Source: a virus
Direction: 5' to 3' (one strand)
Virus record (IMG/VR): IMGVR_UViG_3300006201_000016
Span: 4,457 to 68,456 of that record
DNA: 64,000 nucleotides
In this document: positions 37,272 through 46,669 of the stretch, piece by piece
Position numbering within the stretch: position 1 is the stretch's first letter
How the letters are laid out: each line of letters begins with the position of its first letter
Translations under genes and position numbers: made by a program
The notes under the pieces: model-generated
The model's database searches: none
The model's input: the letters and a program-made list of their open reading frames with translations, nothing else
Told to the model about the DNA's origin: nothing

Positions 37272-37991
37272 TTAAGCTAAAACTGTGATTTCTGTGTCAT
37301 TAAACTGCTCTTCGAGATACGCCTTTATGTTCTGCATTGCCTCGATTTCCCACGCACCGCCGTCAGCTTCAAAGAGTGCGCATTTTACACCTGTGCCGTC
37401 GTCACGCATTCTGAATATAAACGCCGATTCCGGCTGTTCTACTTCAAGGAATGTCCTGTAAGGCTTCAAAGTCACAGGGCTCGGAATGAGCGCGTCGCTC
37501 TTCGATGCGATGCCTGTCTTTATTGTTGCTTTCTGTGTTACGCCGTTGTCTCCGTATTCTGCAACCGTTCCCGATTCCACCGTACCTGCGAACTGCAAAA
37601 TTATAGCTCTGTCAGCAGTCGGAATGAACTTTGCTTGTACATTTATGCAGAACTCTTCCTGCCCGACAAAATGCTCAAAAATAAAATCCGGTACTTTAGC
37701 CTCTACAAGCACAGCGTTCTCTCTGTCTCTGTTATCATCAAGCTGTGAATACACCGTTATGTGCGTTGGACTGTCTACCACGATAAATAATCTGTTGTGC
37801 TTATCCGCCTTGTTTTTGAGATAAGTCGTAAGGCTTGTAAGCGTGTGCAGTGTTATAGGTTTTGCTTTTGGGATATATTTGTCAATTCTGTGCTGTTCCT
37901 TATCTGAATATGTGCCTCCGTTTATTTCCGTAATCGTCGGCGCACTCATACCAACTATGTACTGTAATGCTTCTTTGATCATCTTTTTCAC
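37272..37991 (-). CDS. Conserved phage protein
   Basis: DNGVTQ, LKPYRTFLEVEQPES.FIFR and LFEADGGAW motifs. Confidence 0.75.
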   Translation of the reverse strand: MKKMIKEALQYIVGMSAPTITEINGGTYSDKEQHRIDKYIPKAKPITLHTLTSLTTYLKNKADKHNRLFIVVDSPTHITVYSQLDDNRDRENAVLVEAKVPDFIFEHFVGQEEFCINVQAKFIPTADRAIILQFAGTVESGTVAEYGDNGVTQKATIKTGIASKSDALIPSPVTLKPYRTFLEVEQPESAFIFRMRDDGTGVKCALFEADGGAWEIEAMQNIKAYLEEQFNDTEITVLA

Positions 37992-37993
37992 CC

Positions 37994-38359
37994 TTATTTA
38001 ACCTTTCTAAAATCAATAACCGAATCATTATCTTCCTGTGCATCGTCGCCTATCTTCATCTGCCCGCGGAGCTGCTTGCCGTATTCCTCAGCAACAACTT
38101 TTCCTGTTTTGAGGTCTTTACCGACAGCAAACTGCGTTACAACCTCTCCCGCCGACGCAAGCTTCTCCGACACTTTTACCGAAGAAACTACATTGTCGCG
38201 GGCTTCGTTCTGCTCAAAACTTATCTTGATTGTTATCTCGCGCTTGTCCTTGTATGGAGTATTCATATCCTGCATATTCTCCATAACTCTTTCAAATGCG
38301 TGCTCGAACTTCTCTTGCAGTGCTCCGCCTGCAATGTCTTCTAACCTAATCTTGGCCAT
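37994..38359 (-). CDS. Conserved phage protein paired with the preceding gene
   Basis: AGGALQEKF...NMQD.NT...KREITIK motif. Confidence 0.7.
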   Translation of the reverse strand: MAKIRLEDIAGGALQEKFEHAFERVMENMQDMNTPYKDKREITIKISFEQNEARDNVVSSVKVSEKLASAGEVVTQFAVGKDLKTGKVVAEEYGKQLRGQMKIGDDAQEDNDSVIDFRKVK

Positions 38360-38507
38360 TTTCCATTATTCCTCCTGTATTTGTAATTCTTTATCCGTGT
38401 ATCGAGGTCTCTTCGATACGCAATAGCTTCTCTTTCCGCCGCCCGCGCCTCTCTTATCCTACGCAGCTTTTGTCGCTCAAGGATACGCCGGCGGAACTCT
38501 TCTTTGC

Positions 38508-38825
38508 TCATTCCCATTTGATTGACCTCTCAATTTCGACCGCAAGCCGTTTTTCCGTCCGCAATAGCTTCTCTTTCATCGTCATCTCTATTTCGTAGCC
38601 GTTGCCGTACATCTCTGTAAGCTGCCTTAGCATTATGTTGACATCAGCCATTTCCTCGGTGATATTGTCCATTACAGGCGGCGTTATGTAGCCGTGCTTC
38701 TCTATATCACGCCAGCCCTTAATTATTGCCTGTGTCAGCTCCGCCATTTCTTCTATGGCTATTCCCTGCTGTGTCGTATCTCCGTATTTCCTGCGCAGCT
38801 CCTTGTATAATTCCCGCTCTGTCAT
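38508..38825 (-). CDS. MazG-like NTP pyrophosphatase
   Basis: IEEMAELTQAI...EEMADV.IM. Confidence 0.8.
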   Translation of the reverse strand: MTERELYKELRRKYGDTTQQGIAIEEMAELTQAIIKGWRDIEKHGYITPPVMDNITEEMADVNIMLRQLTEMYGNGYEIEMTMKEKLLRTEKRLAVEIERSIKWE

Positions 38826-39181
38826 TTTGCCGCTCCTTTCTCAACGCCGATCGTAAAGCCCTCTTCGCTCGGCTTGATATAGACTTTTGTCTTTGCGGCT
38901 GCTTTGATGTCCTTGTGGCTGATAAAAACGCTGTCCTCGCCGAGCCTGCCGAGCAGTACCGTTATGTGCATTCCCGCAGCTTCAAGTCCAGCGCGTGCCT
39001 CCGCCTTTATCTGCTTAACCTCTTCTTTGCGCGCATTCAGCTCGCGCTGTTTCGCCTCGGCAAGATATTTGTATCTCTTCACATCACGCTCAAGATCTGA
39101 TATCTTGTCCTTGTTTGATTTCTTCGCTCCCACCTTTTTAATCCTCCTCGTACTTTTTGTTCGTCTTGCGCGCAAGCACAC
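38822..39181 (-). CDS. Hypothetical coiled-coil protein
   Basis: Coupled ORF; start probably GTG near 39133. Confidence 0.55.
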   Translation of the reverse strand: MCLRARRTKSTRRIKKVGAKKSNKDKISDLERDVKRYKYLAEAKQRELNARKEEVKQIKAEARAGLEAAGMHITVLLGRLGEDSVFISHKDIKAAAKTKVYIKPSEEGFTIGVEKGAAK

Positions 39182-39338
39182 AATTTTTGTATCCTTTAAT
39201 GTTTCCGCAACGCTCTTTGAGGTATCGCCGAAGTTGCTTTCTGTCTGCGAATGTCAATGTCATATCTTCACACGCTATCTTGTTTTCTCGGTCGTACTTG
39301 TAAAACGGACAGGCGACATACTTTGACATATCCGTCAC
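39138..39338 (-). CDS. Small Cys-containing protein
   Basis: CPFY...I.CE...C.....C motif. Confidence 0.6.
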   Translation of the reverse strand: MTDMSKYVACPFYKYDRENKIACEDMTLTFADRKQLRRYLKERCGNIKGYKNCVLARKTNKKYEED

Positions 39339-40051
39339 CCCCTAAGCGCTTCGGGCGGCACTTCACCCGTTGCCCAGCTGCGCGCGACCGTTTCCCAATC
39401 CTCGAAACCTATAACTTCTTCGCAGTGCTTGTAAAATGCCCGCGGAATAACAAGTCCTATTCTTCGGCAATATGCCTCTACCTCGGCAAATGACGGCACG
39501 TCGCTTTCGCCTTCTTCGCGTGCGCGCGTGCGCGCATTATCATTCTTAATATTCTTATCATTCTTGACATTATTAACATTCTTATCTTTCTTTACATTCT
39601 TAAGATGTTGTTGCTCGTTTGTTGATTGTTTGTTATTCGTTTGTTGCTCGTTTGTTGATTGTTTGTTGATTGATTGTTGTTCGTTTGTTAATGGATTGTT
39701 ATCCGTTTGTTGCTCGTTTGTTGGTAATCCGTCCTGCAATTGATAAAACTCCCAATTTACAACGGTCGCAACGGTAAATCTGTTTGTTGATTTTAAAGAT
39801 ATTTCTTTTGTGCTTTCGAGTTTTTTTAATGCAGTTCTCACTTGCTGAACAGAAAAGCCGAGTTCATCTGCAAGCCTCTTTACTCCGATAATCGCATCAC
39901 CCGGATTAAGTTTTTGCCCTTGATAATAGCCTTCCTTAAATGTTGCGATCATCAGAATATGTATAAAAACATCTTTCACAACACTGTTTGAGTACCAGCC
40001 CCACTCAATCAACTTTCGATGTATTTTTATAAAACCATTAAGTCCGCCCAT
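39335..40051 (-). CDS. Replication initiator (replisome organizer)
   Basis: GFIKIHRK..EW.WY, wHTH, internal QSTNEQQ repeats. Confidence 0.85.
   Translation of the reverse strand: MGGLNGFIKIHRKLIEWGWYSNSVVKDVFIHILMIATFKEGYYQGQKLNPGDAIIGVKRLADELGFSVQQVRTALKKLESTKEISLKSTNRFTVATVVNWEFYQLQDGLPTNEQQTDNNPLTNEQQSINKQSTNEQQTNNKQSTNEQQHLKNVKKDKNVNNVKNDKNIKNDNARTRAREEGESDVPSFAEVEAYCRRIGLVIPRAFYKHCEEVIGFEDWETVARSWATGEVPPEALRG
39598..39725. repeat. Iteron-like repeats (probable replication origin)
   Basis: Repeated TTGTTGCTCGTTTGTTG(A/G) units inside the initiator gene next to an AT-rich tract. Confidence 0.7.
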
Positions 40052-40059
40052 ACTCCGCC

Positions 40060-40389
40060 TTACACCTCTCTTATTCGTATGCCGTGCACATATAGCATCA
40101 GCTTTCGCTTGATTATGTAATCCTTTGTCCTTACGCCCTTGGTGTCCTCAACAACTATCTTTCCGTTTTCATTGTAAGCGAAATCAGCCACATAATTTAC
40201 AGCCCTCTCTGCTATCATTTTGCCGTCCTCGGCATATTGATGCGGAATAAGCTCAAACTTTACCTGCCGCCGGAGGTCATTTATCTCGTGAGCCCGTTCG
40301 AGAAGTTTAAGTTCCTGCCACCGCGCAGCCTCTTTCTTGCTGTCAAACTTTATACCGTCGATCTCAGTTTTCACATTCCTATACTTCAT
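40060..40389 (-). CDS. DUF1064 endonuclease
   Basis: DGIKFDSKKEA...YVADF.Y...VEDTKG. Confidence 0.9.
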   Translation of the reverse strand: MKYRNVKTEIDGIKFDSKKEAARWQELKLLERAHEINDLRRQVKFELIPHQYAEDGKMIAERAVNYVADFAYNENGKIVVEDTKGVRTKDYIIKRKLMLYVHGIRIREV

Positions 40390-40398
40390 ATAACCCTC

Positions 40399-40833
40399 CT
40401 AAAACGGCATATCGTCATCTTCGAGCGCCGAGAAGCCTTCCGGTATTCCCGTATCCTGCGGATTGTAGCTGTTCTGCTGCGGCGGTGCTTCCTTATTGCC
40501 GCCACCGCCGCTCTTACTCTCGACAAACTCTACATGGTCTACAGCTACCTTATAGCTGTACTGTTTATTTCCGTTCTTGTCAGTATAGTTGTTGTTCTGT
40601 ATGTGCCCTTGTACGCCAATCGGCTTACCCTTCGTGAAAAATCTTTCAATAAACTCAGCCGTTTTGCCGAAAGCTACACAGTCTATATAATCAGCTGTAG
40701 GCTGATTGCTGTTCTCGTCTTTCGCTTTATGTCTGTCTACAGCAACATTAAACTGCGTAACAGCCATTTGAGACTGCGTATATCTTGTTGCAGGATCGCG
40801 TGTAAGGCGACCTATAAGTATTACATTATTCAT
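40399..40833 (-). CDS. ssb: Single-stranded DNA-binding protein
   Basis: MNNVILIGRLTRDP...DDDMPF. Confidence 0.95.
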   Translation of the reverse strand: MNNVILIGRLTRDPATRYTQSQMAVTQFNVAVDRHKAKDENSNQPTADYIDCVAFGKTAEFIERFFTKGKPIGVQGHIQNNNYTDKNGNKQYSYKVAVDHVEFVESKSGGGGNKEAPPQQNSYNPQDTGIPEGFSALEDDDMPF

Positions 40834-40924
40834 CTTTCCTCTCCTTGTTTTAACCCTGTTTTCGCCCCGTAGCGAAAAGAAATTTGCTTTGCCGATAAAT
40901 TACTCAACATTACCTTTTTTACCG

Positions 40925-41473
40925 TCAGCGGTTATCCCACGCCGCTTTTAACTTCGCAAGTTCATTCGGTGTCATCGTCTCAATTCCCGCCGCTTTACAT
41001 TCCTGTACAGTAAGGTCTATAAGGCGTGACATCTGCTCCGTGTCATATTCGGATGAGCCACAATAAAGTTTAATATTACTACAACCATCTAATTTTGATG
41101 GGAAAACTTCTGTCTGCCAACCTTCACCCTTTAGCGCCCACCACCGGCAAAGGGTTTCCACTGTCTCATTCTGTGCGCACACAACATCATAATTTCCGCC
41201 GATATCCCGTATAAGTTCCCTGTATGTATCGGTCTTGTTCACTCCATTGCGCGCAGCGAGCTTACCGCACAGTACCCAAAAGTACGCATTTGCGTCAAGT
41301 GACCTCTTCTTACGCTTCGGGGATATTTTAAGTTCGATATCCTTGCCTATATCAATGTCATCTATATTCGGGAATATGTCTGACACATAGACCGCTGCGC
41401 CTCGTTCGAGCGGTATCACAAGATTAACTCCCGCATAAAGAGGATCTAATCTCGGTTTATCTCTCAGTTTCAT
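40925..41473 (-). CDS. NinB-like recombination protein
   Basis: KRSLDANAYFW...GSS.YDT.QMSRLID. Confidence 0.8.
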   Translation of the reverse strand: MKLRDKPRLDPLYAGVNLVIPLERGAAVYVSDIFPNIDDIDIGKDIELKISPKRKKRSLDANAYFWVLCGKLAARNGVNKTDTYRELIRDIGGNYDVVCAQNETVETLCRWWALKGEGWQTEVFPSKLDGCSNIKLYCGSSEYDTEQMSRLIDLTVQECKAAGIETMTPNELAKLKAAWDNR

Positions 41474-41477
41474 ATCA

Positions 41478-41780
41478 TCAGTCCTTTATGTAGTTCTTAC
41501 CAAATATCTTCATGAAGTCCGCGCGGCTTCCATGCACCTTTTCAAATGCTTTCTGCCCTATACGGTGAAGATAATTCGCCGTAACTTCATTATGATGTGC
41601 GCCCTTCGGCGGCTCGTTATGGCAGTTATGACACAGAGTCACTTTCAGCCCGTACTCCTCGCTGTTTCTTCTGTTCGCGCCGCCGAATATATGATGTTCC
41701 TCGAAACAAGCGCCGAAGTCCGTACGCCCGCATAAAAAGCATTTCTTTTCTTCTGTCTGCTCCTGTATTATTGATTTCAT
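41478..41780 (-). CDS. HNH/Ref-like nuclease
   Basis: CFLCG...HHIFGG..R..SE.YGL.V.LC..CH. Confidence 0.8.
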   Translation of the reverse strand: MKSIIQEQTEEKKCFLCGRTDFGACFEEHHIFGGANRRNSEEYGLKVTLCHNCHNEPPKGAHHNEVTANYLHRIGQKAFEKVHGSRADFMKIFGKNYIKD

Positions 41781-42322
41781 TTCGGCATTTCTCCTCTCTC
41801 AAGATATCCGCAAAGCTCACGCAGCTTTGGCAGATACTCATTTGTTATAAAATCTTCGTTGTACTCAATCTTGTTATAGCAAATACGCTCTTTTTCTATC
41901 GGCGTAAAATAGTTACGGTATTCCTGTTCGGTCAGCGCATAGGATACGACATAAAGCTCTCTCGTTCCCATAGCGAACATTTCTACTTGCGCCTGTCTAA
42001 AGTATCCAGCCGTTACCTTAAAAGGCTTATCCGCCTTATGTGTCTTCACTTCATATATAACGCCATCTCTGTCACCGTCGTAATTGACGCGCAAGCGAAG
42101 CTCCGGTATAAGTATCTGATGATCCTTCCTACAGCCTATGCAGTCAAGTATCTTGTGCTCAAATGCGTTACCGCACTTCATCGCCTTTGTATTAAGGTCA
42201 TTTGTCGTAAGTCCGAGCTTCACGAGCCACCACTTTTTGAATGATGCAGTATTTCTGTTACCGATAACATACGATGTATCGCTTGCACCGAACCAACCCG
42301 AACGGTCTTTGCTCGTAATCAT
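41777..42322 (-). CDS. YqaJ/lambda-exonuclease-like protein
   Basis: GASD, G.AFE, NYDG, YEVKT, QAQVEM. Confidence 0.75.
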   Translation of the reverse strand: MITSKDRSGWFGASDTSYVIGNRNTASFKKWWLVKLGLTTNDLNTKAMKCGNAFEHKILDCIGCRKDHQILIPELRLRVNYDGDRDGVIYEVKTHKADKPFKVTAGYFRQAQVEMFAMGTRELYVVSYALTEQEYRNYFTPIEKERICYNKIEYNEDFITNEYLPKLRELCGYLERGEMPK

Positions 42323-43002
42323 AATGTCCTGAGGAAGCCTTCAAAGTTATACAGCTTCGTGTAATATTTCAGAAGCATTCTCACATCTTCCGCATCGCCG
42401 ACACCCGTCTTCTTTCCTATCTCTTCAAGCGTCATATCGCCGTCAAGCTTAACTGTTATAAGCCTCTCAACACGCTCTTTAATTTTGAGTATGTCATGGA
42501 AGTACAGATTTTCGCTGTCATCTTTCGGCTGTGTTGTTTCGTCGTCTGAAACCCAAAGTCCAAATCCAAGCCCCGTTCTGATTGCAACACCCTTTACGAA
42601 TGCTCTCGCTTGTGCATTCGATACACGGAGTTGATTTATCGTATCTTCGCGCACCACATACACACCGTTCAAAAGCGGGTAGTTCTGCACAAATTCAAGA
42701 TCGTCAATCACAATCTTTACCCTTACTTCAAAGCACCTGTTTCTGTTCCCTTTACCATCAACAAATGTGTCGTTTGTCATAAACACAGTAGAGCCTGTTC
42801 TCTCATCTATCAGTGGCTCATAATACACAACATTTGCCCCATGTTCATGAAGCAAGTCCTTACACTTCGCCCAATTAAGATATGGCACCTCTATCTTTTT
42901 TCCTTCCTCATCTGCTGTTTTGCGCTTCTCGCAAAACGGGAGCACGTCTATTTTTCTGAGTTCGCTGTACGGTTTTAACATATTGCACCTCCTACCATTC
43001 AC
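42319..43002 (-). CDS. Sak3/DUF1071-like single-strand annealing protein
   Basis: YLNWA, N.Q.RAFVK..A..GLG..LW. Confidence 0.75.
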   Translation of the reverse strand: MNGRRCNMLKPYSELRKIDVLPFCEKRKTADEEGKKIEVPYLNWAKCKDLLHEHGANVVYYEPLIDERTGSTVFMTNDTFVDGKGNRNRCFEVRVKIVIDDLEFVQNYPLLNGVYVVREDTINQLRVSNAQARAFVKGVAIRTGLGFGLWVSDDETTQPKDDSENLYFHDILKIKERVERLITVKLDGDMTLEEIGKKTGVGDAEDVRMLLKYYTKLYNFEGFLRTL

Positions 43003-43249
43003 TTACTCTGTCGCAGAGTATGTCTTTCGCTTTTTCCCTATCAACTTCAAGCATATGCTGGATATTATCAAGCGCCATTGAAAGAGCCGCGTCGATAATG
43101 CTTGCGCACACATCGCAGTTGTCACCGTAGTGCTCTACGGGCTCGCCGCATATAGGACACTTCGGCAGCTCCTCTTCCGCCATATGCGATTCACAGTAGT
43201 TGTAATAGTTTTCTGCGTCCCTTACACGGTCGTTACTCATAAACATCAT
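42992..43249 (-). CDS. Zinc-finger hypothetical protein
   Basis: CPICG...CDVC. Confidence 0.6.
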   Translation of the reverse strand: MMFMSNDRVRDAENYYNYCESHMAEEELPKCPICGEPVEHYGDNCDVCASIIDAALSMALDNIQHMLEVDREKAKDILCDRVSEW

Positions 43250-43416
43250 TTTGCTATCTCCTTAAAAAAATCATCTAATACTTTCTCAAACACAGGGTTC
43301 ACTTGCATACCTTTCTCTTTTGTGATACAATCACATTGATGTTTTTCATTAGGGGCGCACGCGACTTCCTCTTTAATGCTGTGCGCTCTTTTAATTTTGA
43401 TTTCTATTACTATCAT

Positions 43417-43680
43417 TTATCCTATCCTCCTGTATACCGCTACCCGCCGATTTGTAGTGTTATCATATGCCTTTTCCATTACTTCGACCTTGCCTGCCCT
43501 TACAAGCTCTGTCAGCCTCGGCTTCACAGCATTTAAATCTGAAAATCCGAGCTTATATGCTATCTGCCTTGCCGTCATCGGCTGTGTCAATACTGACAGT
43601 ATCAGCTTGTAACGCTTTTGTCTCGGTGTTGTTATATAACTTTCAAACCTTGTCTGCTTTGTTATCTCGTTCACTTTCAA
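43417..43680 (-). CDS. Winged-helix DNA-binding protein
   Basis: MTARQIA..LG...N.VKPRLTEL...G. Confidence 0.75.
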   Translation of the reverse strand: MKVNEITKQTRFESYITTPRQKRYKLILSVLTQPMTARQIAYKLGFSDLNAVKPRLTELVRAGKVEVMEKAYDNTTNRRVAVYRRIG

Positions 43681-44251
43681 TTCTCTCCTTTATTTCAAGT
43701 ACATCTTTTGCATACTCACTCACCTCACCTTTATAGCTGCCGCGATTATATGCAGTCAGTGCTGCACCGATGTCACCGTCGTACCGTTCTATACACTCCG
43801 CCAAGATATCAACCCCGACCGAGATATTTTCATACGGATTAAGCAAATCTGTCACGCCCAGCCTGTCTATTCTCGCTATATGCCAGCGCGGCTGCACCTG
43901 CATAATCCCTATGCTGTCCCCACCATCGCCGATTGCTGTTTCGTTGTAGCTGCTTTCCTTTTCGATGATTGCGATTATCAGCGCTGGCTCAATGCCATAA
44001 TAATCGCTGACATTAAATATGTAGCGCTGTACTTCGGCGCTTAGAGGCACATCATACAGCGGACGCTGCTCTCGGTACTCCGCCACCACTTCAGCCGCAG
44101 GCGGCTCTTCGGGCTTGTCCGTAAGGCGCTCGATTGGCGACGGCATAAGTACCGCGGCGATGAGCCCTGCCGCTATGATTGTCTTTGTTCCTCGGTCACA
44201 CTTCAATGTTTTCATCTTCTTCGCTCCCTGTAAAGCGGTGTGATTTTCCAA
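43643..44251 (-). CDS. Membrane-anchored SLT lytic transglycosylase
   Basis: IEKES, GIMQV, AYNRG; clear paralog of 8957-9583. Confidence 0.85.
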   Translation of the reverse strand: MENHTALQGAKKMKTLKCDRGTKTIIAAGLIAAVLMPSPIERLTDKPEEPPAAEVVAEYREQRPLYDVPLSAEVQRYIFNVSDYYGIEPALIIAIIEKESSYNETAIGDGGDSIGIMQVQPRWHIARIDRLGVTDLLNPYENISVGVDILAECIERYDGDIGAALTAYNRGSYKGEVSEYAKDVLEIKERIESERDNKADKV

Positions 44252-44543
44252 TATCGCTCAGTGCATCAGCAGCAATCCTCAATGTCCTATATTCGTCCAA
44301 ATTGAGAAACACGCCTACAACTTTTCCTGTAAGCTCGTTACCGCCCGTAAATTTCTTCACATCTTTCTCGCTTATCATCATTCCGCCTGACATACAGGTC
44401 ATCTTTTGCAGACCGAGGCAATTCTTTACCAAAATTTTTGTCCCCGCCTCGAACGCTTCCGCTTCATATATACTTGGCAGCTCAAAAGCATACTCTTTTG
44501 GTGTGTTGTCGTGCCTTGCCATCACAATTCCTACTCTTTTCAT
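44196..44543 (-). CDS. Hypothetical protein
   Basis: AAAGGAGA RBS before ATG at 44543. Confidence 0.6.
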   Translation of the reverse strand: MKRVGIVMARHDNTPKEYAFELPSIYEAEAFEAGTKILVKNCLGLQKMTCMSGGMMISEKDVKKFTGGNELTGKVVGVFLNLDEYRTLRIAADALSDIGKSHRFTGSEEDENIEV

Positions 44544-44571
44544 TTTATTTTCTCCTTTCATCTTCCCCGAC

Positions 44572-44697
44572 ACGGCCACGCCTCGCGGCACCCTTGATTA
44601 AGCCTTACCAACTGAGCTATGTCATTCCGAAAAACACAAATTCCATCAAAACTTTCTTATATCTTAAAAAGGAGTGGATGCCGCGGGGTGCAGCCGT
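44572..44697 (-). ncRNA. Putative structured RNA element in the early transcript
   Basis: 22-nt GC-rich arms at 44572-44593 and 44676-44697 pair, with G-U pairs on the minus strand. Confidence 0.4.
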
Positions 44698-44712
44698 ATC
44701 GTATTCATTAAC

Positions 44713-44892
44713 TTATCTTCTTTGTGCTTTCAGCCATTCGTCAAATTCGCTTTTGACTACCTTGTACGGCTGACCTTTTTTTCTCGGAAGCACAGGACAG
44801 CCTCTTGTGTTTAGGTAGCGCACAGCTTCACGCTGACTGAATCCATAGATTTCGCGAATCTCGCTGAAAGTGATTATGTCGTCTTTTCCCAT
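44713..44892 (-). CDS. Excisionase-like HTH protein (not in ORF track)
   Basis: MGKDDIITFSEIREIYGFS...CPVL...YKVVKSEFDEWL with AAAGGAG RBS, downstream of cro. Confidence 0.7.
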   Translation of the reverse strand: MGKDDIITFSEIREIYGFSQREAVRYLNTRGCPVLPRKKGQPYKVVKSEFDEWLKAQRR

Positions 44893-44920
44893 TCTGTTGC
44901 TCCTTTCTTAAACTTAAAGT

Positions 44921-45127
44921 TTAATTGCTTGGCAAAAAAATATTATCTTCACTTATCCCAACTATGTCACAATACACTCTCAGCTGCGCCGATTTTGGAA
45001 TCACTCTCCCTTTTTCCCAATTAACAATAGTCTGTTTATTGAGTTTCATTTCACGCGCAACATCTTCCTGTGTAAGTCCCGCGTTAACTCTGGCTGCTGC
45101 CAATGAAATTTGAAATTTCTCTTTCAT
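44921..45127 (-). CDS. cro: Cro-like HTH repressor
   Basis: ISLAAARVNAGLTQEDVA...TIVNWEKG. Confidence 0.85.
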   Translation of the reverse strand: MKEKFQISLAAARVNAGLTQEDVAREMKLNKQTIVNWEKGRVIPKSAQLRVYCDIVGISEDNIFLPSN

Positions 45128-45157
45128 TTCTCTGCCTCCTTTCTTTGAGATGATTTT

Positions 45158-45246
45158 ATTATAGTTCAACTTTAAGTTTATGTCAACACTAAAAGTTTAT
45201 TTTTTTATATTTTTGTATTGATTTTTTTCAACTTATAATTTAAAAT
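45158..45246. promoter_or_regulatory. Divergent CI/Cro promoters and AACTTnAAGTT operators
   Basis: Minus strand TTGACA-17-TATAAT (45186-45158); plus strand TTGATT-17-TAAAAT (45218-45246); operator-like palindromes at 45168 and 44911, degenerate at 45230. Confidence 0.75.
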
Positions 45247-45277
45247 GATATTACACACTTGAAAGCGAGATTTTAAT

Positions 45278-45922
45278 ATGAACGAAAAGGATTTTAACAA
45301 AGTTTTTTCAGAAAATCTAAATCACTACCTGCAAAAAAACAATATGAGCCAAAGTGAACTTGCAAAGAAATTAAGTGTAAGTGATACGTCAGTAATGTAT
45401 TGGTGCAAGGGAATAAAAACGCCTCGTATGGATAAGGTTGATAAAATGTGTAGTATTTTTCATATCAACCGATCCGACTTAATGAATGAGAAAAACGATT
45501 CTTCCAAAAGCAAACCGCATATAAAAGGCGTCCGCATCCCTGTTTTAGGTTACGTCCGCGCAGGCATACCTATCGACGCCGTTGAGGAAATCCTTGACTA
45601 TGAAGAAATACACCCTGATATGGCTGCCTCCGGTGATTATTTCGCACTCAAAGTAAAGGGAGACTCAATGGAACCGCGAATCACTGCGGGCGATGTTGTA
45701 ATCGTCCGCGAGCAGCCTGATGTCGAATCGGGAGAAGTCGCCATCGTCCTTGTAAACGGTGACGAGGGCACAGTAAAAAAGCTGATGAAATACGAAAACG
45801 GCAGTATTGCTCTCGTAGCTTTTAACCCCGCCTATCAACCTATGGTCTTTACGCCCGAAGAAGTTGAGAATCTGCCTGTTCGTGTAATTGGTAAAGTTGT
45901 AGAGTTAAGAGGAAAGTTTTAA
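45278..45922 (+). CDS. cI: CI-like repressor (HTH + S24 peptidase)
   Basis: HTH, VRAG cleavage site, GDSMEP catalytic Ser, TVKK catalytic Lys. Confidence 0.92.
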   Translation: MNEKDFNKVFSENLNHYLQKNNMSQSELAKKLSVSDTSVMYWCKGIKTPRMDKVDKMCSIFHINRSDLMNEKNDSSKSKPHIKGVRIPVLGYVRAGIPIDAVEEILDYEEIHPDMAASGDYFALKVKGDSMEPRITAGDVVIVREQPDVESGEVAIVLVNGDEGTVKKLMKYENGSIALVAFNPAYQPMVFTPEEVENLPVRVIGKVVELRGKF

Positions 45923-45954
45923 TTTGAATTTAACATTGAAAGAAAGGTTCAAAA

Positions 45955-46596
45955 ATGAGTAATTCGATTAAAAAGAGTAAGAGATTTTATATTTTATTAT
46001 CGCTCTATTTATTACTTTTTGTCTTGGCTTGTCTTGTTCCCCCAATGCAGATATATGTTTCTGAAAATCTTTCATCTGAGCAATTTAAGCTCGGCACAAT
46101 ATATACATTCATCTGGAACACAGGAACACATCGCGGCGGATACGATCAGCATACTGGCAAAGAGGTAGATCTTGCTCCTGAAGATGCAAAACCCGTAACA
46201 GTCTCGCACGATGTCACAGACACTCGCACAATTTCAGAAATACTTGATGATCGAGAGGCTGAATTGATTCTTGAAGCAGAAACATACAATGTATATACCG
46301 AAGAAGAAATCGAAGAAAAGCAGTATGACGAAGCATTAGAATATTTTGAGAATGGTACGATGCCGATGTATATAACAAATTATGAAAGTCGACAAATTGA
46401 ACACGGAGCTACACTCAGCGAAATGATGCAGAGAAGAATTGACAATTACATAGTTGCGCACACACCCGAATCAAGCGTCATAAATGTGTTTTATGAATAT
46501 AAACTCAATTTAATGATTTTATCTATCGAATTATTAGCACTTACGGTGTTTTTTGGTGGATTGATATATATGAGTAAGCGCATTTGCATTAAATAA
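45955..46596 (+). CDS. Two-TM membrane protein (lysogenic accessory)
   Basis: N- and C-terminal TM segments around an acidic loop. Confidence 0.65.
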   Translation: MSNSIKKSKRFYILLSLYLLLFVLACLVPPMQIYVSENLSSEQFKLGTIYTFIWNTGTHRGGYDQHTGKEVDLAPEDAKPVTVSHDVTDTRTISEILDDREAELILEAETYNVYTEEEIEEKQYDEALEYFENGTMPMYITNYESRQIEHGATLSEMMQRRIDNYIVAHTPESSVINVFYEYKLNLMILSIELLALTVFFGGLIYMSKRICIK

Positions 46597-46631
46597 AAAA
46601 CAAACGCCCCTGTTGGCGCAGGAGCGAATGT
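46597..46631. repeat. Hairpin element flanking darTG, left copy
   Basis: AAAACAAACGCCCCTG-TTGGCG-CAGGAGCGAATGT. Confidence 0.8.
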
Positions 46632-46669
46632 CTAAATGTGTAATGTGTTTTTTAGAAAGGAGGGATTTT

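Noticed and set aside
39598-39725. CRISPR-like repeats
   Set aside because: Short degenerate repeats without unique spacers, inside the initiator gene; they are iterons, and there are no cas genes
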